Shown: positions 1 to 10,531, counted from the stretch's first letter. The stretch is 64,000 bases of DNA from Candidatus Latescibacterota bacterium (GCA_965205655.1 CBDBIJ010000015.1:1-64000); one strand, 5' to 3'. Notes: generated from the sequence alone by a model not told the origin. A program made the numbers and translations.

Positions 1-192
1 GCCAACGTCGGTGTGAAGCGCAAGGCAGTCGGGACCGAGGTTTCTGACCTCGATACTCGTGTCCTCGGCGGCAGCGGCGTCAATGTCCGCCGCGACGATT
101 TTCGCCCCTTCGCCCGCGAGTCCCAGCGAGATAGCGCGGCCCATGCCTCTGCCGGCGCCGGTGACCACCGCGACCTTGTCATCGAGTTGCAT
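1..192 (-). CDS. SDR family NAD(P)-dependent oxidoreductase, N-terminal part (runs off the window)
   Basis: Not in the ORF track. Reverse strand from ATG at 192 reads MQLDDKVAVVTGAGRGMGRAISLGLAGEGAKIVAADID (TGxxxGxG Rossmann motif). AGGAGG RBS at 201-206. Confidence 0.9.
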   Translation of the reverse strand, partial: MQLDDKVAVVTGAGRGMGRAISLGLAGEGAKIVAADIDAAAAEDTSIEVRNLGPDCLALHTDVG

Positions 193-252
193 CTGTCGCA
201 CCTCCTGGGCCGCCTGGCGAACGCAAGATTAGCCAGACCCGAAATTGGAGCG

Positions 253-281
253 AGTGTAGTCCAGCACATAGGGGCTGTCAA
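253..281 (-). promoter_or_regulatory. sigma70-type promoter for the SDR gene
   Basis: TTGACA (281-276), 17-bp spacer, TACACT (258-253) on the minus strand. Confidence 0.6.
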
Positions 282-344
282 CGGAGCGCGATAGCTCAGG
301 TAAAGTCTCGTCGCTCCCGCTGGAGGAGACCTTTGCATACCTTC

Positions 345-371
345 GTCATTCCGGCGAAGGCCGGAATCCAG
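345..371. repeat. REP-like palindromic element
   Basis: GTCATTCCGGCGAAGGCCGGAATCCAG has stem ATTCCGGC/GCCGGAAT and loop GAAG, the form of the widespread GTCATTCC..GGAATCCA extragenic repeats. Single copy in the window. Confidence 0.65.
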
Positions 372-431
372 AGGGATATGGGTGGGGACTGGCGGGGTCA
401 GTAGTGGTTGTCGTTGGGATCGAAGTCGATC

Positions 432-976
432 TCAGGGGGCACGCCGTGGACCTCGCACTCGGGATCCTTGCAGCCGGTGTATGAGTTGAAGTAGTCCTGG
501 TCGAGGGCTGCGGAACACCTGCGGGGTGATCGCCATTCCGTTGGACTTCGTCAGCGCCGCTGTGTTCACCGTGTTGCCGAAAAGGTCGGAGCGCCTCTCA
601 TCACGAGTGCCCATGGGGCCACATGCGACCTCGCCGAAATGGGCCTTCGTGACGTGGCGACATGGGATGCCTCTGGACTCGAGCCAGTTGTCGCCCTCCT
701 CTATTCAAACGCACGAGTCAAACGCACGAGCGCCCGCACGCCCGCGTCGACGCCATCTTTGGGAAACACCAGCAGAATAGCATCACCCATGAACTTCACG
801 ACCGTGCCTCCACCCTCGGAGACGATATCCCCGACCAGCTCGTAGTAGTGAGACATCGTTTCGAATATCTCGCGGTTCGTACGACCTCGGACGTAGCGTG
901 CAAACTGGGTGAGGTCGGTGAACGCAACGAGCACCTCCATTTCCAGTACTCCGTCAATGTCTTGAAAACTCGCCAT
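432..976 (-). pseudogene. class III adenylate/guanylate cyclase domain protein, frameshifted
   Basis: FTDLTQF and VVKFMGDAILLVF lie in one frame (stop at 701). HFGEVACG and LFGNTVNTAA continue in another frame. A 13-bp tandem duplication (705-730) sits at the break. Confidence 0.8.
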
Positions 977-1113
977 GCTACTGTCTCCTTTGCGTATGAT
1001 CGTGTCGCGGCGGCCCACAGGTCCGCCAGAAAGAACAGGAGATCGCCAGCCCTGTTGTCTGGCCGTTGGTGCGATTCAACATACCACAGTCCCGCCATGC
1101 GCTTTCGCGTCAG

Positions 1114-3226
1114 TCATAAACCCCTGAACCCGCCGAACATCTCTTCGCATGCCTCGAGCGATTCGGCTACCACGAGAACGCTCGCGAATGTCCGCGCCGC
1201 CTGTGGATCGGTCGTAAACAGAGCACCCTTCGAGATCTGCCCACCTGCCGTCATCTCGAGCGCACTCTCCGTCGCCGATCGCTCCAGATCGGCAGTCCGC
1301 ACTATCATCCATAGTGCCGTCCTCGCGGCGTTGACTCGCGGCGCCAATTCCAACGCTACCAGGCCCATCGTGAATCGGGGATTGACCTCGACTATCGGTT
1401 TCAGCTTCAGCTCGTCGGCCGAGCGATACAAGAGCGCGTCGACACCTATTGGGCCCGTGTAGTCAGCCTGCCTCGACGTCTCGGCCAACAACGACCCCAG
1501 GCGCTCGTACAGCCTGTTCAATCGACGGCCGTCTTGTCCGTCGCCGTAGAGGAAACGGAGAGACTGTTCGTCGAGACCGGAGGTCTTCTGCTGGACGAAC
1601 GAGCCGAGGTACTGTCCTCGCCGGTCTGTCAGAAACCGAGTGATCCCGAGGAAGCGGATCTCTCCCGAATGATCGATCTCGTATTGGGCCGAAAGATCGA
1701 CAATACCGTCGAGCCACGGTTCCACGACGACGCTGCCATACTCATTTGATGAGGCGCTCGATCCAGGCCCGCTTTCCGTCGACGACGCCCACACCATCGG
1801 GGAGATGCACCTGATCCTGACCGGCCGCACCGAACGCCCCCTTGACGACCAGTTTCTCGTCACCTCCGCGGCGGCTCGAAATCTGAACCTGCTCTTCCAC
1901 TTCCGAGAGGGACTGGCATGGTTTTCCGACAGCCGATTCGTCGCAGAGCCAGCCCTCGTCCTCGTCGACCTCCCCAAGAAACCGTTGAAGCAACTCGGCG
2001 CTCCAGCACTTTGAGTAGAGAGGCCGAAACCGCCGATGCCACTCCGGTCGCAGCATCCGCTCCTCTCCATCCGCCACATTCGGCGCCAGTGGCGCGAGCA
2101 GGCGAGCGCTATCCGGTCCCCATCCCCACGGTCGCAAGCCGTGCAGCTTTCGGTCCAGGAGCTGTGATCGCTGCAAAAGGTCTCCCGAATCGCCGCACTC
2201 GACGAACTCGGGGATGTCGAACCCGGCGCCGTGAAGTCTCTGCAGGAACTGGATCGCCGGGCGTTCGGGGACGAGAACGACATCTTCCCTGGAGCACAGA
2301 AACATTGGCACAGCGGCGAGATCTGTCGCCAGGTCCCGCACTGCCTTCGATGGGGTGAAGGTGGCGCCAGCCAGGCCGACGTGACTGTCACAAGCCGGAT
2401 TGAACCAGTAGACATCGGGACAGCGGCCGCGCGAGTGCGAGAAAATCTCGAGCTCGGAGATGAACGCTTCCGACAGCCCGGCCTCTGCGCGCCCCCCCTT
2501 GTTGAAACCGATCCCCTTGGCTCTGCCCGGTGTCAGGGGCCTGCGAAGAGCGCTCTCGTACGCCGACCACTGCGTTTCGCCTTCATCCCGCCATTCCTCG
2601 AACCACTTCAGCCCGTGTCGCACGTGATTGATCTCGTCGCCATAGACGCGGCTCATGATCGCGGCCGTGCGCTCGTCACCCAGTTCCTCGTAGACCTGTT
2701 TGTAGTGAGGTGCATAGTCGAGGTTGGCCTGTTCCAGAGTGAGGCTGAGGCCAGTGACGAAATCCATCGGCGTGTCCATCGGTGATATCGACCTCCAGAA
2801 GAAGTCGCTCACCGGGATTTCGCCAAACTCCACCCCGATTTCTCGCATGCGCTCGACGTAAAGGTGGAGATGGACCTGCTCGTCTCGCAGCGTCCGCGCG
2901 ACACCTTGACGGAATTTTGCCGGCGCCCGCGGAAATTTGAGGAGCGCCAGCGCCATCAACTCGAGCGCCAGAAGTTCGTGGTTCGCAAAGAAGTGGAGCA
3001 CGAGGCCGCGCTCCTTGTCGCTGTGAAAGCGCCGCACTTGGCCGAACTGCACCCGCTCGCGCCCATGCCAGGAATCGAGTGCGAGGCAAGCTGGTCGTCC
3101 CGACTGGTCCGGCGTCGAGATGGCACGGCCCGGGCTCTTGTCGACGAGGACGCCCTTGTTGAAGAGCTTGTCTTCGAGTGAGGCCCCGAACAGGACCCGT
3201 TCGGCCAGTTCCGAAATCTCCGTCAT
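1114..3226 (-). CDS. DUF455 ferritin-like (diiron) domain fused to an ATP-grasp domain; one 1-bp frameshift near 1745
   Basis: Ferritin-like ligands HFFANHELLALE, DEQVH, LEQANLD, DEINH. ATP-grasp motifs VVKGAFGAAG, VVEPWL, GPIGVD, EVNPR. Removing one A from atcaaatgag joins the frames as I-N-E-Y-G-S-V-V-V-E-P-W. Confidence 0.8.
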
Positions 3227-4311
3227 CCGTAATCGATCGACAGCGCCAAGGTGCGATCCCGTTGTGAGCGCATTCCCGCCTCCACCACCTGCATCGCCCT
3301 GAGTCCGTCGCTGTGGTCCATGAAGAACGGCTCGCCGGCACGACATTGCTCGACGAAGTGAACGATTTCGGCAACGTATGCATCTGCGAACCGCTCGATG
3401 AAGTCTGGCACGCCCGGATCGCACTGCCTGCCCTCGAACACGGCGCTCTCGATGAGCCGATCCCTGCTGTAGGCCTCGAAGCGAACGTTTCGCGTCTCCT
3501 GCCAGAACTGACCCACGTGCATCATCCCCTCTTCCCCGTATACGAGTGTTTCGTTTCGATACCCTGCGACATGGTTGCGACCCACCTGGATCTGGGCGCT
3601 CAGGGTCTCCTCGTCGAACCACATTTGCACGAAGCTGTCGTCGAAATCCTCTTTCACATCGCTGACGTTCTGATTGTGCAACCTCGCACCCATACCCGTA
3701 ATCGCAGTCGGCCGCTTTCCCAACAGCCACATCACTTCGTCTGCATTGTGGACGCCCATGTCCGCGAGCAGGCCGGCACTGCTGTACCCGGTCGGCGGAC
3801 CGGCGGGATCTTCCAGAATCGAGAGAATCTTGAACACTCTGCCGATGGCGCCTTCATCGAGGAGTTGCTTCGCCCGCACGAGGCCGGCGTCAAAGCGGCG
3901 CATGAAAGCAATCATGACAGATGTGCGGCGTCTCTCGTCGTCGTCGAGATACCTGGCGAACTCGATGGCTGACTCCACCGAGTGCGTCAGCGGCTTTTCG
4001 AGCAGCACGAGGCAGCCGGCATCCACCAGGCTCTTCGCGTCGCCGTAGTGATCGGCTGTTAGTGAGGCCACTATGGCTGCTTCGCAAATCCCGGAATCGA
4101 CCAGCTCCTCTACACCTCGAAACGCCCTGAGCTTCCCCTCCTGGTTGGCCCCGAGCTGACCGGCGACGCGATCGGCCGTGTCCTCGTGCCCGTCGGCGAC
4201 GGCGACGAGCTCGCAGGCGCCATTCTGCAGCGCCACTTCCTGCACGAACCTGGCGTGAAAGACGCCGATGCGACCGACACCGACGACGGCGATCTTGAGT
4301 GGGCTGTTCAT
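3223..4311 (-). CDS. Gfo/Idh/MocA family oxidoreductase (inositol 2-dehydrogenase-like)
   Basis: VVGVGRIG, LLEKP, AFMRRFD and DMGVH motifs. Confidence 0.9.
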   Translation of the reverse strand: MNSPLKIAVVGVGRIGVFHARFVQEVALQNGACELVAVADGHEDTADRVAGQLGANQEGKLRAFRGVEELVDSGICEAAIVASLTADHYGDAKSLVDAGCLVLLEKPLTHSVESAIEFARYLDDDERRRTSVMIAFMRRFDAGLVRAKQLLDEGAIGRVFKILSILEDPAGPPTGYSSAGLLADMGVHNADEVMWLLGKRPTAITGMGARLHNQNVSDVKEDFDDSFVQMWFDEETLSAQIQVGRNHVAGYRNETLVYGEEGMMHVGQFWQETRNVRFEAYSRDRLIESAVFEGRQCDPGVPDFIERFADAYVAEIVHFVEQCRAGEPFFMDHSDGLRAMQVVEAGMRSQRDRTLALSIDYG

Positions 4312-5198
4312 CACTCGAAGTACTGACCGTACAGAACGGCCAGACGCTCCTTCGCCTCCGGGCTAATCGCCTCCGGTGCGGTGATGACGGCATAGCGAGC
4401 GGCGCTCAGACAATCGCATGACGATTCGGCGGGCAGCAACTGCGCCACCTCCTTGACGATCGAATTGCCCAGTTCCGCGTTCTTCTTGACGATCGCCAGC
4501 ACCGCCTCGACCGATACATCCTCCTCGTCCTCGTGCCAGCAGTCGTAATCCGTGCTCATCGCCAGCAGCGCGTAGCACATCTCTGCCTCGCGCGCCAACT
4601 TGGCTTCGGGAATCGCCGTCATGCCGATCACGGAGGCGTCGATCTCGCTGCGATAGACGTTGGATTCGGCCCGCGTCGAGAATTGCGGTCCCTCCATGCA
4701 CACATAGATTCCACCGTCGTGGACGGTGGCGCCGCACTTCTGCGCCGCCTCGATCGCCACCCGTCGCAACTCATCGCAGAACGGATCGGCCATCGACACG
4801 TGGCCGACGATACCGTTGCCGAAAAACGTCGACGGGCGGATGTCCTTCGTGCGGTCGAACAACTGGTCCGGAACGACCATGTCGCCCGGTTTGATCCGCT
4901 CGCGCATACTCCCCACGGCGCTCACCGCCAGCACATGAGTCACATCGAGCTGCTTCAGCCCGTGAATGTTGGCTCTGTAGTTGACCTCCGAGGGCAGCAA
5001 CCGGTGTCCGCGCCCGTGCCGCGGCAGAAAGAAAACGGCCGCATCGCCGACTTTCGCGTGGACGACGCGATCTGACGGCTGTCCGAAGGGCGTCTCCATT
5101 TCGTATTCTCCCACCACCTCCACGCCCTCCATTTCGTACACCCCCGAACCGCCGATCACACCAAGCTGTACTGGCTTTGCGTTTTCCTGTTCGCTCAC
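4311..5198 (-). CDS. mtnP: S-methyl-5'-thioadenosine phosphorylase
   Basis: GVIGGSG, FLPRHG, EGPQFSTRAES, IGMT and TDYDCW motifs. GTG start at 5198 assumed. Confidence 0.93.
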   Translation of the reverse strand: MSEQENAKPVQLGVIGGSGVYEMEGVEVVGEYEMETPFGQPSDRVVHAKVGDAAVFFLPRHGRGHRLLPSEVNYRANIHGLKQLDVTHVLAVSAVGSMRERIKPGDMVVPDQLFDRTKDIRPSTFFGNGIVGHVSMADPFCDELRRVAIEAAQKCGATVHDGGIYVCMEGPQFSTRAESNVYRSEIDASVIGMTAIPEAKLAREAEMCYALLAMSTDYDCWHEDEEDVSVEAVLAIVKKNAELGNSIVKEVAQLLPAESSCDCLSAARYAVITAPEAISPEAKERLAVLYGQYFE

Positions 5199-5284
5199 TG
5201 CTAGGTCTCCGTCTCTCGATCTTGTCAATGTAGGATGGGCAACCTGTCCCGCTGCGATTCTTTAATCTGTTATATTTTCGCGCC

Positions 5285-7636
5285 ATGAGCCAAACCCTCG
5301 TTCAGGTCTCCGTGCGCGAGCTCGTCGCCTTCGCTTTGCGGTCCGGCGATCTGGGCGCACCCTTCGTATCCTCCACTCGTGCCGTCGAGGGAACCCGCGG
5401 CCATCAACTCGTTCAGAGCAAGCGCCCGGCACAGTATCAATCCGAAGTCTCGGTAAGGTTCGTTCACGACGTGGCGCCAGTGGGGTTGGAAATCAGCGGT
5501 CGCGTCGACGGTATGCTGTTTGAGAACGGCGACCTGCTCGTCGAGGAGATCAAAACCACCTACGGCGGCCTCAGTGCTGACCGCGAGGACAACCCCGCCC
5601 ACTGGGCCCAAGCCGTACTCTACGGCTACTTCCTGGCCGTCGAGCACGATCTGCGGGAGGTCCAGATCCAGCTGACCTACGTTCAGCTGAACTCCGGGGC
5701 CCTGCTCGAGGATCGGCGGCATTTCACTCGCCGTGAGCTGACTGACCGATTCGAAACGCTCATCTCAGCCTTCCTCCGCTGGATGACGACCTACCATGAG
5801 TGGTGCGAGCGACGCGATCGCTCTATCGCAGGTCTCAAGTTCCCGTTCCCCTCCTACAGGGCCGGCCAGGAAGAGCTCAGCGCCGCCGTCTCGGAGACGA
5901 TCGAATCAAAAGGCAGACTCTACGTCCAGGCCCCGACCGGTATCGGCAAGACGATATCGGTGTTGTATCCGGCTGTGACGGCGCTCGGCCTCAAGCAGAC
6001 CGAGAAGATCTTCTACTTGACTGCAAAGACGAGCGGCCGGGCCGTTGCCGAGAAGGCCTTCAATGACATGCGGGCGGCCGGATTGTCGATTAAAAACATC
6101 ACGCTCACGGCTCGCGACCGTATCTGCTTCAACGCCGTTGGCGGGAGGCCTTGCGATACTCAGACGTGTGAATACGCCATCGGCTACTACGATCGCATCA
6201 ACGACGCCATCGAGGATCTCTTTCAGCGCGACGCGCTGACGCGCAGCGTTATCGAAGAGGTGGCTCGCCGGCACATGGTCTGTCCGTTCGAGCTTTCCCT
6301 CGACCTGTCGCTGTGGTCCGATGTCATCATCTGCGACTACAACTACGTTTTCGATCCAAAAGCCTATCTCAGGCGCTATTTTCTCGACGCCTCCGGGGAC
6401 TTCGCCTTTCTCATCGACGAGGCTCACAACCTCGTCGATCGCGGCCGCGACATGTACTCGGCCGATCTTCACAAGCGGCAAGCTCTGCGGCTTGCCGAAG
6501 CGCTCACAGAAGACCATCCGCAGCTGGCGAGAATCCTCAATCGCCTGAACACCTACATGGTTGCCCAGATGCGGCGTTGTGAAACAGAAGGCGACGGCAG
6601 CGCCTGGTTCGACCGCGAGCCGCCCGAAGAGCTGACGCCGCTGCTGCAGACATTTCTCGAGGCGGCAGAGCCGATCCTGGCGCGCAATCGCCCGGCGGGC
6701 TATCGCGACGCGCTGCTCGACTTCTACTTCACCGCTATCTCCTTCGTGCGAGTGCTCGATCTCTTCGATGAGCGCTACGCCACCTACGGCGAGACCTCAG
6801 GCGGCGATTTCAAAATGAAGCTCTTTTGTCTCGATCCGTCTCGCCTCATCCGCGACGCGCTGAAGAGGGGGTCATCGGCCACTTTCTTTTCCGCCACCTT
6901 GGCCCCGCTGGAGTATTTTCGGAACCTGCTCGGCGGCGACCGCTCTGACTTCACTCTGGAGCTCGCTTCTCCCTTTCCACCTGAAAATGTCGCCCTCGTC
7001 GTCGACGACCACATCGATACCACCTACCGGCGACGCCAGCACTCCTACGAGGAAGTCGCCGAGTCCATCGCCGCCCTCAGCGGGATGAAACGTGGCAACT
7101 ACATGGCCTATTTCCCGTCGTATCGGTACATGGAAGAGGTCTGCAGCCGCTTCCGCGAATGTCATCCCGCGGTCGACGTCCACGCTCAGTCTCGCGGCAT
7201 GACGGAGCTCGAGAGAGAGCGTTTTCTCGAGCTCTTCGACGACACGAACGATGATACCGTTGTCGGTTTTGCGGTGCTGGGTGGGATTTTCGGCGAGGGC
7301 ATCGACCTGGTGGGCGAGCGTCTCGTCGGCGCCGCCATCGTCGGCGTCGGTTTGCCACAGCTCTGTCTGGAGCGCGATCTCATCCGCAGCTACTACGACG
7401 AGAGGGAAACCTCAGGGTTTACCTACGCCTATGCTTTCCCCGGGATGAACCGGGTGATGCAGGCGGCGGGCAGGGTCATTCGGACCGCAGAAGACCGCGG
7501 ACTCATCCTCCTCATCGACCGACGATTCGCGCAGGAGCCGTATGCCGAGATACTGCCGCCACATTGGAGCCGGCGCCACCGCACCGGGAGTCCCGAAGAG
7601 ATCTCGCAGACCGTCGCCGAGTTCTGGTCTCTCTGA
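5285..7636 (+). CDS. DinG/Rad3 (XPD-like) ATP-dependent DNA helicase with N-terminal PD-(D/E)XK nuclease-like domain
   Basis: GRVDG..VEEIKT nuclease motif, APTGIGKT Walker A, Fe-S Cys residues, DEAHN, FSATL, EGID, QAAGRVIR. Confidence 0.9.
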   Translation: MSQTLVQVSVRELVAFALRSGDLGAPFVSSTRAVEGTRGHQLVQSKRPAQYQSEVSVRFVHDVAPVGLEISGRVDGMLFENGDLLVEEIKTTYGGLSADREDNPAHWAQAVLYGYFLAVEHDLREVQIQLTYVQLNSGALLEDRRHFTRRELTDRFETLISAFLRWMTTYHEWCERRDRSIAGLKFPFPSYRAGQEELSAAVSETIESKGRLYVQAPTGIGKTISVLYPAVTALGLKQTEKIFYLTAKTSGRAVAEKAFNDMRAAGLSIKNITLTARDRICFNAVGGRPCDTQTCEYAIGYYDRINDAIEDLFQRDALTRSVIEEVARRHMVCPFELSLDLSLWSDVIICDYNYVFDPKAYLRRYFLDASGDFAFLIDEAHNLVDRGRDMYSADLHKRQALRLAEALTEDHPQLARILNRLNTYMVAQMRRCETEGDGSAWFDREPPEELTPLLQTFLEAAEPILARNRPAGYRDALLDFYFTAISFVRVLDLFDERYATYGETSGGDFKMKLFCLDPSRLIRDALKRGSSATFFSATLAPLEYFRNLLGGDRSDFTLELASPFPPENVALVVDDHIDTTYRRRQHSYEEVAESIAALSGMKRGNYMAYFPSYRYMEEVCSRFRECHPAVDVHAQSRGMTELERERFLELFDDTNDDTVVGFAVLGGIFGEGIDLVGERLVGAAIVGVGLPQLCLERDLIRSYYDERETSGFTYAYAFPGMNRVMQAAGRVIRTAEDRGLILLIDRRFAQEPYAEILPPHWSRRHRTGSPEEISQTVAEFWSL

Positions 7637-7640
7637 TCGA

Positions 7641-8822
7641 TCAGCTTCGCCCGCCCTGTCGATGCAGCCAGACCATGCAGGCCGTCACTGCCACCATGGT
7701 GACCAGCGCCATTTCATTGACCGCCTCCCATCCCGCGAGATGCTCCAGCGATCCGGCCGCCAGGGCGGACAGGACCATGGCCGCGAATATGAGAAAGTCG
7801 TTCGCCGACTGAACCCTCGCTTTTTCCTCCGCTGAGTAGGTACCGGTCAGCAGCGAGGTCGAGCCCACGAACAGAAAATTCCAACCCAATCCCAGAAGAC
7901 TCAGCCCCACGTAGAAGTAGCGCAGCTCCGTGCCACCCGCATTCACGAGCGCTGACACCGCAATCAGAGCGGCCCCGGCGAACATCATCTTTGCCTCTCC
8001 GAAGCGGGCGACCAGATGTCCGGTGAAGAAGGCCGGACCGTACATACCGAGGGCGTGCCACATGACGACCTGTGTCGTGTCCTCGAATGTATGCCCGTGC
8101 CGCTCCATGGCCAGGGGCGTGGCGTGCATGAGCAGAGACATGATCCCCCAGCTGGCCGCCGCTCCGAGGACGGCCATGGCGAGATGCGGATGCCGAGCCA
8201 GTTCGGCGAGGGAGCGCTTCTCGCCTACCCCATTCTCCGCCGGGGGCGCCCCAGGCAGCGATGACAGGAGCAGGGCTGCGATTAAGACAGTTTGGAGGCC
8301 CAGGATACATAGGAAGATCCCCGCGTAGGGATGCTCGGGTAGCAGACTCTTGACACGCGGCGCCAGGTGCGACCCCGCGATCGCGGCAGCGATTCCCCCA
8401 ACCATCACATACGAGATGGCCCGGCTCTTCTGCTGGGGTTTGACGACCTCGGCGGCGGCAAATCTGTAGTAGGTGGCGAACCCGTTGGCGGCGCCCAGTC
8501 CGAGCGCGCCGACGCACAGCAGGTAGAACGCCCTTTCGAGCACGGCGGCAGCGCAGATAGCGGCTCCGGCTGCACCGATACAGGCGCCGAGCAGAAACCC
8601 CGACCTCCTGCCCCACCTGCTCATGAGGTGGGCGGCCGGCACCGTCGTCAGCATGGTGGCCACGGGAATCATGGCAATTGGCACGGTTGAGATGGTGGGG
8701 TCGGGCGCCAGCGACAGACCGGTGAGCGCCATCGACGTCAGTACGATAAAGGCTGACGTGCGAGTGAGGGCCTCGCAGGCGACCAGTAGGACGATGTTTT
8801 TGACGGAATTCGTGTCGCTCAG
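7641..8822 (-). CDS. MFS transporter (start uncertain)
   Basis: About 12 hydrophobic segments with WGRRSG, YRFAAAE and GLGWNF motifs. Start placed approximately at the overlap with the upstream stop codon. Confidence 0.85.
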   Translation of the reverse strand: MSDTNSVKNIVLLVACEALTRTSAFIVLTSMALTGLSLAPDPTISTVPIAMIPVATMLTTVPAAHLMSRWGRRSGFLLGACIGAAGAAICAAAVLERAFYLLCVGALGLGAANGFATYYRFAAAEVVKPQQKSRAISYVMVGGIAAAIAGSHLAPRVKSLLPEHPYAGIFLCILGLQTVLIAALLLSSLPGAPPAENGVGEKRSLAELARHPHLAMAVLGAAASWGIMSLLMHATPLAMERHGHTFEDTTQVVMWHALGMYGPAFFTGHLVARFGEAKMMFAGAALIAVSALVNAGGTELRYFYVGLSLLGLGWNFLFVGSTSLLTGTYSAEEKARVQSANDFLIFAAMVLSALAAGSLEHLAGWEAVNEMALVTMVAVTACMVWLHRQGGRS

Positions 8823-9880
8823 AGCCGCTGCCGTTTCTTCTCCACCGACTCGGCGAGCTCGCTCAGGATCGTCGTCGTCGTCTCCCAAGAAATGCAGGCA
8901 TCGGTGATGCTCTGCCCGTAGGTCGGCGCCTCGCCGTCCACGAGGTCCTGGCGGCCCTCGACCAGATGGCTCTCCATCATGACGCCGAAGATGTCATTCG
9001 CTCCGTCCGCTACCTGGGCAGCGACGGATCGGGCGACGGCGGGCTGCCGGGTGTGGTCCTTTACGCTGTTCCCATGGCTGCAGTCGACCATGAGACGAGG
9101 GCAAAGACTCGCCGCGCTCAGCGCGGCCGCGGCTTTACCGATGCTTTCGCGGTCATAGTTGCCACCCAGGTTCGAACCCCGAAGGATGACGTGACCGCAA
9201 TCGTTGCCCTTCGTCTCGACGATGGCGGAGATCCCCTGCTTGGTCACCGAGAGGAACTGGTGCGGATGCTGCGCCGCCTCGATGGCGTCCAGGGCGATCT
9301 GCACATTGCCGTCGGTGCCGTTCTTGAACCCGACCGGCATGGACAGTCCCGACGCCAGCTCGCGGTGCACCTGGCTTTCGGTCGTGCGGGCCCCGATCGC
9401 CCCCCACGAGACGAGATCGGCCAGAAACTGCGGCATGATCGTGTCGAGAAACTCGCAGCCGGCGGGCAATCCCATGTTTGCGAGGTCGACGAGCAGACGA
9501 CGCCCCATGCGCAAACCTTCGTTTATGACGAAGCTGCCATCGAGGCGCGGGTCGTTGATGAGGCCCTTCCAGCCAACCGTCGTTCTCGGTTTCTCGAAAT
9601 AGACCCGCATGACGACGATGAGCGCCCGGCTCAAATCCTCGGACAGCTCTCGCAGTCGACCGGCGTATTCCATCGCCGCTTCGGGGTCGTGTATGGAGCA
9701 CGGTCCCACGACGGCGACCAGCCTGTCATCGTCTCCACTGACGGCGTCCCGTATTTCGTTGCGAGCGTTTGCAACCGTGTTCGACGCGGTCTCCATGAGC
9801 GGCAGTTCCTCCATGAGGATTGCCGGTGGGATGAGCGGCCGCAGGGCTGCTATACGAAGATCGTCGGTGTCCCGGAGCAT
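8819..9880 (-). CDS. aroG: 3-deoxy-7-phosphoheptulonate (DAHP) synthase, class I-alpha
   Basis: GPCSIHD, RVYFEKPRTTVGWKGLINDP, IGARTTESQVHRE, DCSHGNS, YGQSITDAC. The aroF/G/H paralogue cannot be resolved. Confidence 0.95.
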   Translation of the reverse strand: MLRDTDDLRIAALRPLIPPAILMEELPLMETASNTVANARNEIRDAVSGDDDRLVAVVGPCSIHDPEAAMEYAGRLRELSEDLSRALIVVMRVYFEKPRTTVGWKGLINDPRLDGSFVINEGLRMGRRLLVDLANMGLPAGCEFLDTIMPQFLADLVSWGAIGARTTESQVHRELASGLSMPVGFKNGTDGNVQIALDAIEAAQHPHQFLSVTKQGISAIVETKGNDCGHVILRGSNLGGNYDRESIGKAAAALSAASLCPRLMVDCSHGNSVKDHTRQPAVARSVAAQVADGANDIFGVMMESHLVEGRQDLVDGEAPTYGQSITDACISWETTTTILSELAESVEKKRQRL

Positions 9881-9889
9881 GGTAGCAGC

Positions 9890-10455
9890 CTATAACCCGA
9901 CCACGACGACGACGGCTCCGTCCTCTACGCTCACCGATTTCAGGATGAGTCGCGCCAGAGATTGTTTGAAGTCGTCTTGCTTGAGCTCATAGACGGTGAA
10001 CGTCGACAGGTGAGTCGTGGCTACCGCAGCGGCCACCGCCTCGATCGTTTCCTCGTATTTCTTCGGCACGTCGTTCAGATCGACGTTCGTGAGCCGGCCG
10101 TTGGCGATGGCGAATCGACCGGTCTCGGGACGGTATTCGATCTGGCCATCTGCCTCCATCACCCCCGAAAAAGAGGTGAGGCCGGCCAGGCTACACCGTA
10201 TGTCCAATCGAATGCCGATGCGACTGGACCCTTCTTCGAGAAAGCACCGCCGGATCGCTGAACTCCACCTTCAGCAGGCTCTTCTTCCTCTTGAGAGGGA
10301 ACTCCTTCTCCACTCGTTTCTGCAGCTCGTCATGGGTGAAGACGAGCTCCTTGCGGAACAGTTTGCCCGATGAGCACCCGCCCTGGGCCAGCATCGCGGA
10401 CACCACAATTGCGAATTGCGCCCGCGCGAGCGTAGATTCTTGACACCTGTTCCAT
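9890..10455 (-). pseudogene. DUF1439 (YceB-like) lipoprotein with two frameshifts
   Basis: Removing one AATTGCG copy (10407-10420) and one base of a short homopolymer near 10242 gives a single 185-aa ORF MEQVSRIYARAGAIVVSAMLAQGGC...ELQKRVEKEFP...VYEL...VEDG. Confidence 0.7.
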
Positions 10456-10531
10456 CCGCCGTTTATTAGTGCACTTTTCCAACATCAGAAATATACGGAG
10501 AGAAGACGAGGACACCACGAGAGCAGGAAAT

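Noticed and set aside
1742..1744. TGA in the DUF455 fusion as selenocysteine or a programmed frameshift
   Set aside because: The continuation is in another frame, so readthrough would not help, and no slippery heptamer is visible. A 1-bp insertion explains it.
5285..7636. DinG-like helicase as a type IV CRISPR or defence component
   Set aside because: No cas, csf or other defence genes are nearby. The nuclease-helicase fusion is a common stand-alone repair protein.
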